NCBI GenBank assembly: GCA_050084985.1
Contig: JBITNC010000001.1
Coordinates: 131,502,001 to 131,566,000 of the forward strand
Length of the DNA: 64,000 bases
Direction: 5' to 3'
Source: Nageia nagi
Lineage: Eukaryota; Plantae; Pinophyta
Made by a program: the position numbers and the translations under genes. The notes beneath the pieces were generated by a model. It had not been told where the DNA came from. It saw nothing but the letters and a program-made list of their open reading frames with translations, and did not search any database. Below are positions 25,106-37,658 of the stretch, one piece after another (position 1 is the first letter of the stretch; each line of letters starts with the position of its first letter).

Positions 25106-26642
25106 TCAACCTTAATTACGAGTTAGGATAACAAAATAACTTTACTTGCAAATTGCAAAATATTATAGGGTCAATGGCCATTGCATCAAAACAACAATAT
25201 GCATTATATTGGAGATGTTTACGAAGCATCTTGGGAGGACTCCTTGATAGGCATGTTGCTATCTACCATGCATTTCCATTGATTGACAGGATGGGTTGTA
25301 ATTCCCACCCATCATTAGTATACAAACTTTCATTCTTTTCCATTTCAACACCCCAACCAACATTATGGTGTGAGAGGGAAATCAAGAGAGACAATCCTAA
25401 GTGGGCATGATCATCAATAATGCTTGGATCCCCCACCCCGCAAGATGAGTATCATTATTGCTTGGGTCATCCCACCTTGCGACGATGCTAGGAGGTGGGT
25501 GTGGCATGTTCCTCCCATCAAGTTGCCTTGATGATCCAAAACTAACATCATTAACTCTTCTACGAAAAAACAGAGGTTGAGACCAATGATGATCATAGGG
25601 CTATGAAAGACCACATGAGGGGGCATTAGCAAGAGCAGGATCTAGAGCGATCTTGTGAAACACTGTTTAGAGTAACACTATTTAAGTCCCCTCATATGCA
25701 TGTTAAAATATAATGATTCTAAATAAACCCAATCAATTCATGTTGAACAATAAAAGGCAATAGAGGCCAAAGCTGATGGGCTAAAGCCTTTGTTATAATT
25801 TTATAACTGACCTTCAAAAGAGTGATGGGCTTCCAATTTGTAAAGACTTTCAGGTCTCCTAGTTTAGGAATGAACTTGATATTCCCTTTATTAATAATGG
25901 GACCAAGTGAATTGGACCTCAAGGCTTCAAGATATACCTAGTACAAGTCAGGGCCAACAAAATCCCAACAAGTCTTGTAAAATTCACATGGAAAACCATC
26001 CAATCCAAAGGCCTTTGCATTTTACATTTGGGAAAGAGCATCAACTAAGTATGTAATTATCAAAAGTGATTCACACACTCTTCTTTGAGCCTTAGAAAGA
26101 CAAATGGGGATAACATCTTTGCAACATTGTAAAGCTTACTCTCTTTAAGGGGTAAATTATTGAGCATAAAACACCAAGGTGTAGTGCTTAGGGAAAGGAT
26201 TTTCAATCTTTGGCAGTGAGGTGAGCTACATCCCATTTTTCAAAAGGGTTTTAAATTGAGTCAACTATCTAGGAGGTCAAAGAATTTGAAAGAACTCTTT
26301 AGATACCTATCTCTAATTTTGAGCCAATGTAGGCGAGCCTTAATTTGGGCCTCTTTGGCATCATAAAGCTCAACCACTTTGAGCTTGTGTTAAATCTTAG
26401 CAAGATGGTTTTAAAAATAAACATCAAAGGGATTAGACTCCAAATAAAGAGGGAATTTGGTTAATTCATCTCTTAGATCAGAATTGGAGTGACATCTCAT
26501 TTGGGTTGCTTTCTTACCTAGACTCCTAAGTACAGTAGCTATGAAAAAAATAGTGTCATTCCATAATTTGATCCATATAAAATATCTTTTGGGTATGGGA
26601 ACAAGATTCCAAACCCTTTATATATGATAAATTATGGCATCA
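25021..26642 (-). mobile_element. Decayed, internally deleted L1-type LINE
   Basis: GLDGFPCEFYKTCWDFVG...INKGNIKFIPK...NWKPITLLKVSYKIITKALA...GFI (LINE RT N-terminus) at ~25720-26020. A-rich 3' end near 25021. Confidence 0.75.
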
Positions 26643-27149
26643 TGTTGGAGGAAAGTGAAGGAACTAACACTAACAAGATAATTTCTAATCAACCAAGATC
26701 ACAAGAAAGCTCACAATTACATCTAACAAACTCACAAAGCAATCTCATAACACAAAATGTAAATGGTTCCTCCAACCAGGAGTACATCGACTAACTAGAT
26801 CTTTACTTAAATAAAAAATACAACTCTCTTACAAGCCTCTTAATCTCAACTCCTACACTTCTATCCTATAGCATAACTTTACTCTATAATTGTTATGTGA
26901 TTACAAAGAGGGAGCCTTCTATTTATAGGCCAAAATCCCTCTTTGGATCACCCTTTTATCTAATGTACAAAAGCATGACATGCACATCCTTTTACCCAAG
27001 GGGCATGCTCATGAAATGGAGTGTAGGACAAGTTACATTATCATATCCACTTAAATATTTAAGGTATTAAATGATACCCTTAAGTATTAGTGAACTTACA
27101 TAGAAGATTTAATACAAACGTTTACAATAATGCATTATACATTCCAACA
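26643..27149 (-). repeat. 3' LTR of the copia element (507 bp)
   Basis: TGTTGGA...TCCAACA terminal inverted repeat. Purine tract (taaaggaaag on -) abuts it at 27150-27159. Internal ctatttatag is TATA-like on the - strand. Confidence 0.8.
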
Positions 27150-27608
27150 CTTTCCTTTAATGCAATATTGGGATAGAACAAGTAAAAGAGAAGAAGAAGA
27201 GAAAGTAAGAGAGTTCTTCTCCAAATAGATACAACAAAGATGAGAACTTTTTACATATTTGTGAAGTAAGAAAGATCTAGTTTGAGACTCACTACTTTGC
27301 CAAATACAAGGATTAACCATAATCGATTTCAGTGTACAGAAAGTAGTTATCCAACTGAAAGTCATGAAGAGTCTTCAAGAGCCTGCATACCTAAGGTAAG
27401 TAACTTACAATCTCAAAGGAACCTACAAGTCATAAGTAGCTTAAATAACAAGATCAGTTAGATGAATCATAATCATATCAACAAAGATAGATGAATCACA
27501 TAAATGCCATCATGAACTAATCAATGGTGCATTATAAATCATCACAAAGATGCCATGCTATAAAACTTAGTCACATGCTGTATATACAACATGTATTAAT
27601 TATCATTA

Positions 27609-27960
27609 CAAAATAGAGCATGCACATATGAATTCCTCATATATGGATAACTGAATAGTGCCAAAAGACACATAAGACTTCCTCACACATGGATAAATGA
27701 ATAGTGCTAGATTGACCAAAATAGAGTATGCACATACGAGTTCCTCACATATGGATAACTGAATAATGCTAAAATACACAAGAGTTCCTCACACATGGAT
27801 AACTGAACAATGCTAGATTGACCAAAATAGAGTATGCATAGACGAGTTCCTCACATATGGATAACTGAATAGTGCCAAAAGACACATAAGAGTTCCTCAC
27901 ATATAGATAACTGAACAGTGCTAGATTGGTCAATTTGTACAACAAGTTCTTCACATAGAG
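27609..27960. repeat. Higher-order tandem array (three ~107-bp dimeric units) in the copia 3' UTR
   Basis: Core gagttcctcacatatggataactgaatagtgc occurs six times with two alternating linkers. Units start at 27609, 27717 and 27823. Confidence 0.9.
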
Positions 27961-29864
27961 CAAACTTACCATGAAAGTGTATAATAAAATCAACACTATA
28001 CAACACAAAATCCTCTTAGGGTTGAAGTTATCATCACAAACATGAATTCAACATAAGAATTCAAATTTCAATCCCACTTGAGGGTAACTTCACCAACCCA
28101 ATAACATCTCTAAGCTTACAGAAGTGAGCTTCCATGAGGGGCTTGGTGAACAAATTAGAGGAGTTCAAGGTGGATGGATAATACTCTAAGTGTATGATGC
28201 CATCAAGAACCTTTTCCTTGATAAAATGGGCATGGATTTTTTTATATTTTATTTTCTGATGGAACATAGGATTCTTAGCCAAAGAAATAGCCAACTGATT
28301 ATTTAAAGAGATCAAAGATGAGCCACCTTGCTCGTACCTAATTTTTTTCAAAAGATACCTTAGCTAAATGGCTTCCTGGGCTACAATAGACATGACATGA
28401 TATTCAACTTCTATGGTGGAAAGAAAAATAGTAGGCTACTTCTTGGAGGCCCAAGAGATAGCACTTGAACCAATGCTAAACACATATGCAAAGGTTGACT
28501 TCCTATCATCTCTATCTCTCCCATAGTCAGAATCTGAGTATCCAGAGAGAACAAATGAGGGCAACTTGGAATACTTGAGAGCAAGATCCTTAATCCCTGT
28601 AACATACCTCAAAATTTGCTTAATAGCATTAAGATGTTCAACATAAGGTTTCTGTATGAATCGTTTCATCAGATTCATTACGAAGGTAATATCCATTCTA
28701 GATATAGTTAAATACAAAAGACTACTAATTAATTACTTATAAGTTGTAGCATCAACTAACTAAGAGTTGGAGCTTAGAGAAATAGTGATTCTAGGAGAGA
28801 CTGGGATTGCAGCACATCTACACTCCTCTATTCCAAACTTCTACAGGATATTTGATATATACTTAGATTGATTGAGGTAAGTACAATTCTTGTATTGATA
28901 CACTTGCATTCTAAGATAATAATGCAAAAGATCAAGATCAATCATTTCAAATGTTGCTTTAAGTTTGGATATGCACTCTTGAATGATTTTATCATTATTC
29001 TCAGTAATCAAAAGATCATCCACATAAAGGAGAATCAAGATCCTACCTTTTCCTTGATTGAGCACATAAAGATCGAAGTTAAAAAAATATTTAGAGAATC
29101 TAATATCTGTAAAGTACCTTAAAATCTTTCTATACTAGGCTCTAGGTGCTTTTTTAAGTCCATATAATGACTTCTTTAGCTTACACACAAAAGACTCTTT
29201 ACCTTCCATAATAAACCCTTTTGGTTGATTCATGAAGATTTTCACATCTAAGTCACCATTGACAAATGCACTCTTAACGTCAAGTTGAAAAACATTCCAT
29301 CTTTGAGCTGCAAAAAGAGCAAGGATAACTCTCATAGTAGGCATCTTTGCCATGAAAGCAAAGGTTTTCTTATAATCTACATTGTATTTTTGAGCAAAAC
29401 TTCTAGCCACTAACCTTGCCTTGTATTTATCAATATCTTTGATTAAATTAAATTTGACCTTGTAGATCCACTTATTGCCAATCACATTCTTCTCATTGAG
29501 GTAAGGAACCAAGTCTTAAATTTTATTTTTCATAAGCACTCATACTCCACTTTCATGGCTTCCATCCAGCACTCATGCTTAAAAGCTTCTTTGAAGGTTG
29601 AGGACTCATGCTTATTATCAATCTTAGTAATTAATGATTTGTTCAAGCTTATACTCCTTGTTACCCTTTATGTTGGAGAATTTTATTCCTGAGATGACTT
29701 ATCTACATCAATATCCAACCATCTAGAAGCAACTGAAGAGTCCTTTAGATCATTAACATCCTCATTAGAAGAAAATTCTTTAGAAAGTTCATTGAATTTT
29801 ACATCCCTTGAAATGAACACTACTTTATAGGTTAAAGAGTAGAGTTTGTATCCTCTATATTGAA

Positions 29865-30172
29865 TGTTAGGTCCCTATACTACTCATATATTGTTATTAT
29901 GTATCCCATAGAAGTTCACTATGGTTATTGTTATTCCCTTACATTATTATTGTTATGTCGGTTAGTGTCCTTTCATTGTAGTGGCACCCCTTGGAATCCT
30001 ATATATACTAAGGAGGTATTATCATTTATATTGTCTATTATTATGTATTTGATGTGATGTAAAGGAGGTTGCCCCCTCGAAGTGGCTTATTATTACTGAT
30101 TTTATCTCTTATTCAAGGCGTTGAGCTCTTTCTCTTATGATTTTATGCTATTTTGGAACTTGGTTCATAATA
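29865..30172 (+). mobile_element. Solo LTR (308 bp) inserted in the copia integrase C-terminal region
   Basis: TG...TA (eroded CA), TSD TTGAA/TTGAC. Removing it restores the host frame FMSYDSQ|YRGYKLY. Orientation is inferred from cctatatata only. Confidence 0.75.
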
Positions 30173-31638
30173 TTGACTATCATAACTCATAAATATGTAT
30201 TTGTAGCTCTTTTATCCAACTTATTCCTTTTCTCAAAAAATAATGTAAGAGAATGCTTCACAACTAAACATCCTAAGGTGAGAAATGTTAGGTTTTCTTC
30301 TTGACCGTACCTCAAAAGGAGTTTTACTCTGAACAGCTTTTATGGGACACCTATTCAAGGTGTAAATAGTAGTGCTCATAGGTTCACCCCATAAGAATTT
30401 AGGAATATTACCCAACATCATCTAACCATCTCCATTATTATTCTATTTTTTCTTTTGGCAACACCATTCTCATGAGGAGTGTATGAAATTGTAAATTACC
30501 TCTTGATCTATACTTAACATAATAGTTATTAAACTCATTGCTATTATATTCTCTCTTATTATTTGATCTCAACATCTTGATTTTAAGGTTAGTTTAATTC
30601 TTAACAAAGGCCTTAAAAACTTTAAAACTTTCAAAGGTTTGGTCTTTGTGCTCAAGTAGATATCCAAAGGTCATCCTACTAAAGTCATCAATGAAAGTTG
30701 AGATGTAAGATGCTCCTCCAAGTGACTTAGTTTAAAATGGACCCATCAAATCTGAATGCACAAGTTGAAGAGGTTTAGATGCTCTTGTTACCTTATCTTT
30801 TTCAAACTTTTATCTATGCATCTTGCTAAGAATGCATTTCTCATATAGACCAACTAAAAGAGAAATTAAAAGCAAACCTTTCATAAGTTCTTGGTCTTTC
30901 ATGATTTGAATACTCTTACGGTTAAGATTTCCTAAATGATGGTGCCAAAGATTACCTTTAGAATACACACTAAAAGTAAGACACATCTTTGAAGGAACTT
31001 GATCCATAATATAGAGGTTATCTTTCATAGATCCTTTAACCAATTTGGTAAGTCCTTTCTTAATGCATCAAGATTGAGAGTCGAACTCAAAAGAGTACCC
31101 TTTTCTAGCAACGTAGATTACAAAGAGAAGGTTCATCCTTAACTTAAGAACATAGAGAACATTATCAAGAAACTTTTCATTAATCAACATACTCCCAATT
31201 CTTTGGACTTCAAGGGTAGAGTTATCACCTATCATAACTACATCTTTTCTATACTTGTGAAGGTTCTCAAAATTTTATTTTTCAAATCATAGGTGATTAG
31301 TGCAACCAAAGTCAATAATCCATTCAAATGAAAAAGAGTGAGACATAGAGTAGAATGTTGCAGTAAAACCAACATGAATATTCTACTTTTCTTTTTAGTT
31401 CTTTATATTTTCATTACCTTTATTCTTTTTCTCTATTTTTTTTTTGTAGCAATCAATTTCTTTATGACCTTGAATGCCATAATAGTTATAACTACATCAA
31501 ACTTTTCTTCATGATAAGAAGTGTTTGCTTTATCTTTTTATTTGAAGTGGTTGTTGTTGCTATTATTCCTGCTACTGTGGTTATTATTTCTGTTATTCTT
31601 ATTGCTATTGTAACCATTACCTTTTTTCTCAAACCTTT

Positions 31639-32136
31639 TGTTAGAATTTGTAATGAAATATTGTGAATATCTAAACTCCTTGTAAATTCAATTAATCACT
31701 TAAGGGTATGTAGATACCTTAAGAGATTAATTAAATTCTTTAATATGTATACTTTGACTTTACCAAAGTGGTTAGTTGGTAGGTTGAAGTTTGGTGATAC
31801 ATTTAATGTAACCCTAACCTTACCCTTGGGTTAAAGGAAGGTTAGGGAGGTGCTCTCAAGCTATAAATAGAGGGCCTCTCCTCTTGTAAACATATCTAAG
31901 TTTTGGAGAAAGTTTACTCTACTTGGTTGTGTAGGAGAGAGCAAGAGAATAGTTGTAAGAGAGACATGTATTGAGAATAGAGAACTAGTTGTGGATGTAC
32001 TCCCAAGGAGGGAGGAACCACATTATATTGGTGTCATAATGTGTGAATGATGTTCTTAGAATTATAGATGATGAATGATTTAGCTTCCTAGTCTAAGGTC
32101 CTAGAGGATTTGTTTAGATCTAGTTCAAATCCTTCA
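31639..32136 (+). mobile_element. Solo LTR (498 bp), same family as 62137-62615
   Basis: TG...CA, perfect TSD CCTTT, internal ctataaata. Removing it restores the copia gag frame SSSSKR|FEKKG. Confidence 0.92.
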
Positions 32137-34760
32137 CCTTTTGGAAGAAGAAGAATAAGATTTCCTTTGATGATTGAACTTCTTCTTGAAAGAAGTTTTG
32201 GCTACTCCAAGAGCAACATTATTATCCTTAAGAGAATAAATTAACATCATATTGTTAAGGGTTTTCTTATGCTTCAATAGGTGCCTTGAAAGGTTCTCAA
32301 GGGAGAAGACTTCTTCATCATCATCAAGTTTTATTTTTATAATTATCAAAAGTTTTTAAACTTTGAAAAAAGACTTTGAAGAATAATGAAGATCATAAAC
32401 TCATCATTGATCTAATTGCATACACAAGCAACAAGTTAAGTCTTTAGGTCAATAATTTTATTTAAGTAGATAGCCATATTTTCATATTTTCCTTAACAAG
32501 ATTGAAGCAAAGTTTGGAGAATGGTAAACCTTCTTGAAAAATTTGAACTAAGGTAGATTTGCTTAAGCTTATCCCATGCTTCTTTTATCAAGGTTGATGA
32601 GAAAATCATTAGGAGCACATCATCTGAAATTACATGATAAATCATAGAGGTTGTTAACTCATTCTTTGTATTGTAAGCCTCTAGTGCCTTCTCATCTGTA
32701 GGAGGTACAAGGTTCTCATTCATTATTTACCAAAGCTTCCTTGCTTGCAATTCAACTCTCATCCATGGGTCCTTAAATCCCATAGTTGGAACCAACAAGA
32801 ATGTGTTTGGGTAAAAAGGATTCTCCCATTTGCTACATAAGAATGTAAAATAATAAGCATATGGTTTCAATAAAAAATATTAAATGTTAAGTTTTAACCA
32901 AGTAAATAATACATGTTACATTTAATAGTAAAGATATGTTTGATTTGATTTACAAGTGCAAATGTTTTACAATTCAAATAATAATCCATGTACCCAAAAC
33001 ATTTCTCATCTCAAGAATTGTAGATGTAGAGCGACATTGTTGAAGCTTATTTTATTGTCTAAAATTAAGCCTTCACTCAGATGCCCACATAAGAGGAGTC
33101 CAAGTACTACCAATCCTTAACCAGTTCTCCTTAAGCAGCAATATACTCTCACAAGGAGAAGTACAAGCTATTATTTTAAGGTTTCAACATTTATTGGATC
33201 GATTAAATTATTAATCTTGATTATGTTTTAAATTATCCTCCTAGGTTATCAGGATAATCCTTGAATGGACATGCAGATATATGGTATCACTACACACATA
33301 CCTTTCCTATATTGGAGTTAAATCGAAACCAATAGAGGACTTAGGGGTAATTAAGAAGTACAAACTTTTCACCACTTAGATCGTTAGATTTAAAGGCTCC
33401 AATTCACCTATCCTCACCTCATGGCTCTCCAAACAAGTCATGTTACAGAATGTACGTATGGATGTGTTCATTTTAGGGGGTTGCTCATATCAATATTTGC
33501 ATTTTTGTTTGCATAAGTAAATAAATCAAAGTGTAAAACATGAAGTAAAAGAGCATAAGTAAAACATCATCCATGCAAAAAATTTGAAACCTAAGTGTCC
33601 GATGGGTTTTATTTACCAACCCCTAAAAAATATCTTTACATCAATCCTAATTTTGCACAAGTTAACTTTGCCAAAAAAAAAGATAAATACTTAAGCATAA
33701 GCATATTTTAAATATCAAAAATTTGCATACATTAACTTTGTATAAAGGATAAATACTCAATATGCATCTTTTTAACTTGAGGAATTAAGTCCTAAGCATG
33801 CAACATTATCTTTAAAAATTAAGTACTAAGCATGCATTTATTAACTTAACAAAAAGAATGAATGCTTTAGAGAGGTAATATACATGCATCATTTAAGCAT
33901 AAGCATGCATCTTTTAACTTTGCATAAAGAATGAATGCTTTAGAGAGGTAAAGATCTAGTGATGCATCCATAAAAAATACTTTTAAGTAAAACATAAAAT
34001 TTCCCTTTTTTACTTAAAAATTTTAATATGCCCCCCAAAAAGTATATTATCTCGATTTGTACTAATATCTTTTATTGTAATAGGTGCAAGAAACAAAATT
34101 TTTATTTAAAAAAAAATAATATCCACCTTAAAATAACATTAGATTATTTAATAAGGCATATTTTTATTTAAAGCATGTAAGTAAAAAATAACATTAGAGA
34201 GCTCACTTGTTTCAAAGATGCTTTTAAGAGTAATGATGATATCTTACTCAACCATTAATGCATATTTATTCATTTACTCACTCTAAAGTAACATCATTAC
34301 AATGCTATAAAGTTGGAGTATAGGTTTTAAAGAAATTAATGCTTATGGAGGGGGGTATTAAATAAAACATGCCTTGCAAGAAACAACAACAAAAAAAATG
34401 CACCAAAAATAGAATATACCAACTACATCATTAAATGAGAGTCCCCTAAGATGGTAAAAAAAAAGAGGAAGCGTGCAACCAACCTAGAAGAGATAAATGA
34501 AGGGTTTGAAATAAATGATTAAAAGAAGGGACTATGCAATAAAAAATTACACAAGTATTGATTGAGAAAGTGCAAGCGAAAGGAGAGGGAGGCACGCAAA
34601 GAAGTGTACCTCAATAGAGGAATGGTGTCCAACTGATCGTAGCCCCTAAGTGGCTATTCTCGTACCACAACATCATTTTGGTGGGTAAGTGATGAGATTG
34701 TACTACTTTGAAAATGTGAGCAATGCTATCTCCTTACTTATTTCCTGCTACTGTGCTCCA

Positions 34761-34860
34761 CCCCTAGCTCCTCATGGTTGCTCTACCCCTAGCTCCTCGT
34801 GGTTGCTCAGCCCCTAGCTTCTTATTGTTGCTCTAACCCTTAGCTTCTCATGGTTGCTTC
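34761..34860. repeat. 4 x 25-bp minisatellite
   Basis: cccctagctcctcatggttgctcta units at 34761, 34786, 34811 and 34836. Probably inside an LTR whose edge is near 34969 (gtcttaaca|tcccatc). Confidence 0.85.
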
Positions 34861-37238
34861 GTAGTTATCTTTTTTTCCTTGGGCTCCATTTGAGGTCCCT
34901 CCTCACGTAGCTATTCTCTCTAGAGGTGGGACAACTAGAAGAATGTGGGAAGGTGGTAGGGTCTTAACATCCCATCTACCAACAATGCACTACCTAAACA
35001 TACTACTCATGCAATGAATTCTCAACAACCTTGGACTCAACCTACCCCTTAATTCTATTATATATCCATATGTAGGATAATTCAATCGAAAGGACTTCTA
35101 ATCCCTAATACACATCTCACATAAGAAGGTTCTAATATACATATCTTAGTAGACACTTGATATTTCTCTTACCTCAATAAATTCTTGTTAAAAATTGTAA
35201 TTGATCAAAATATTGACCTTTTTCATTACACCCAAGAGTTTTGTCACCAAGAGATCACCTAGAAGTTGAGTTAATCATACAAAGATTAAGTCAAATTGTA
35301 TACTACCATCTATCAAACTAAATAGGTTATCTAATTAGTTGGATCAATTATTCTCTGCCATAATAAAAAAAATCAACCAACCTTAAGGATAATAGAGACT
35401 AATAACCAAACTCCAAGTGAGGTTTCCAAATTTGGTGATCGACCTCAATACTAGTCCATTACAATAATCAAAAGTAGTCATTGATCACTTCCTCAAATAA
35501 AAGCAAGAAGTTGATGAATTCAACACTAGCCCACAATGGGGATTGATCAAATCAAATAAAAATATAAAGAAGAGATTCAATAATAAAATGTATAATTGTA
35601 TCTCCTCATCACACAACAATAGTATGAGGTACAAAAATCTTAGGACCAACACTAAAATAAAGTTCAACAACTTTAATAACAACATCAACAAGAGATAAAT
35701 AAAATTCAACTATTACAACCAAATGCAGATTGACTCTAGAAAGAATAATAATAATATTTGGTTGAAGGGAATTCAAGAGTTTTGACACTCAATTTCCACC
35801 AATGAAAAAGAAGTTGATATATATAGATACATCTGTATTGACATATAGATCATCATTGATAAGAACAAAAAATTGATATTTTTTGAAGATATCAATCAAC
35901 ACATTGATTAATACATAATAAAAGCACTAGAGTTCTTATGTAAATTTTGACTTTCACTGACTAATCTCTTAGAGATGAACAAAATCAATGAGGAGATGAT
36001 CGAAATGCAAGCAAAAAAAGGTAACAATATCATATTAGCAAACAATACAATCTAAAGATAGCTAACTTATATTGAACTCTTACAAAGGTAGATACACAAC
36101 TGATCGATAATCTTACAACAACCCAAGTCAAAATCCATATTGACATGATTATATAGTAAGTTAAGCATGGCATATTAGTCTAAATACTTCATATGCAATC
36201 ATACTTAACCAAGTATCGTTTGAAGTATTCATAAACAAAACCAAGGAGAATGATGTAATATTTCCATTTTAAAGATAATGAAGTTTTAAAGTGTTTAATG
36301 TTATTTTTTATCATGTATTGTTGATGAACAAATTCAAGAACAAAGAAAGATCAATGAGTTATCTCATAAAATGAATATATATATATATATATATAATATA
36401 TATATATATTAAAGGAAGAAATTGAAAGATTTAAACCTCATAAAAGAATTGATGGTTAAAAATAGTTGAAAATTTTGTTAAGAAACACCCTAATGATAAA
36501 GAGTATGGATTGACAATATTAAAAAGAATATAACCAAAGAGAAAATCAAAGGTTAGGGTTGTTTAAGAAAATAACTTCTAAAGGAACCTACAAGAAACGT
36601 CAAAATAAGTTCAAAAATGTCTCCCAAAACTCTATTACTTTATGAAGAATGTGAAGATTTGAATAACATAAGCACTCTATTCCCATGTTCCTCATTAGAC
36701 ATGGATAAATATGTCACCTCTCCAAGATTGGTACAATTTTTGATATTATTAGCCCTCTTCCATTAAGCAAAATCATATGCCTAGGATATGGATATAATTA
36801 GTAATCAACTTACATTTATAATGAATGTTCAATAATTATTCTTAGATGAAGAATCATAATTTGATTTTATAAATATGATTTTTATGTTATGGCCTAGGCA
36901 TACGACTAAATATCAACTAAATTGTACATAAAACACTTAGTTTTAAGATATTTATTGATATCTAAGTGTGGTAACTATTATTCAATCTTTTGAGTTAGAA
37001 TGGATAACAGAGAAAATACCACTCTAAGCAATAGTGTACGAATACAATGAGAAACTTGTAAAGGAATATAAACCAAATGGGACATAGAAAAAATGTCAAT
37101 TTCAATGAACTTGGAAGCGATTACTGCAATGAAGAATCAAGGCCAATAATAAAAGACCACTTCCATCTCTACCTTAGCAATCAAAGTATTGAATAATTGA
37201 AGTCTCAAGGATGAGCCTTGATCTTAAGTTATGGAGAA

Positions 37239-37658
37239 TGTTAGAAGGAGAGAAATCTAACTAATTATTATACGTAATTTAACCTAAGGCAAATAAGGAG
37301 AACTAATGTTGAACAAATACTTACGCACACCAATAAAGATTAGTGATTGAATCAATCGATTTGTTATTAATAAACATACCAATCCGGATTGACACCACTT
37401 TATAAAGAAGATGAGGAGATATGAAAGGAATCTCAAAAAAGGATAGATAAGTTTGAGAGTCAAGTTGAAGAAGAATTATCAAATAATTAATCAATATCAA
37501 TATATCAATTGTAATGATTGAATGTATTTGAATTTATATATTAATAAAGAGCAACCCATTTTTTTGCTCAATTACTGTCCCCTCATTTTCTACTTAGTAT
37601 TTCATATTTCTATTTCTCTTCGTTCTTTCAATCCAAATTGTTGGTAAAAACCCCATCA
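37239..37658 (+). mobile_element. Probable gypsy 3' LTR remnant
   Basis: Purine-rich ggagaa precedes TGTTAG; internal tataaag and aataaa; ends aaaaaccccatCA. No partner LTR found. Confidence 0.4.

Larger units (their letters stand above)
26643..32830 (-). mobile_element. 5'-truncated, decayed Ty1/copia LTR retrotransposon
   Basis: Copia domain order: gag (32134-32723), protease (WIIDFGCTNHL ~31300), GAG-pre-integrase/integrase (30180-31043), RT (KARLVA, QLDVKSAF, LYVDD), RNase H (YSDSD, NPMFH). 3' LTR present; no 5' LTR or PBS found. Confidence 0.9.

Noticed and set aside
27609-27960. CRISPR-like repeat-spacer pattern
   Set aside because: The spacers are two alternating repeated linkers, not unique sequences. 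It lies in a plant copia 3' UTR with no cas genes.
35485-35709. Leu/Ile-rich short ORFs (also 1042-1672, 42897-43094, 62743-62982) as membrane peptides
   Set aside because: Expected by chance in AT-rich DNA or antisense to decayed TE frames. No motifs or splice support.
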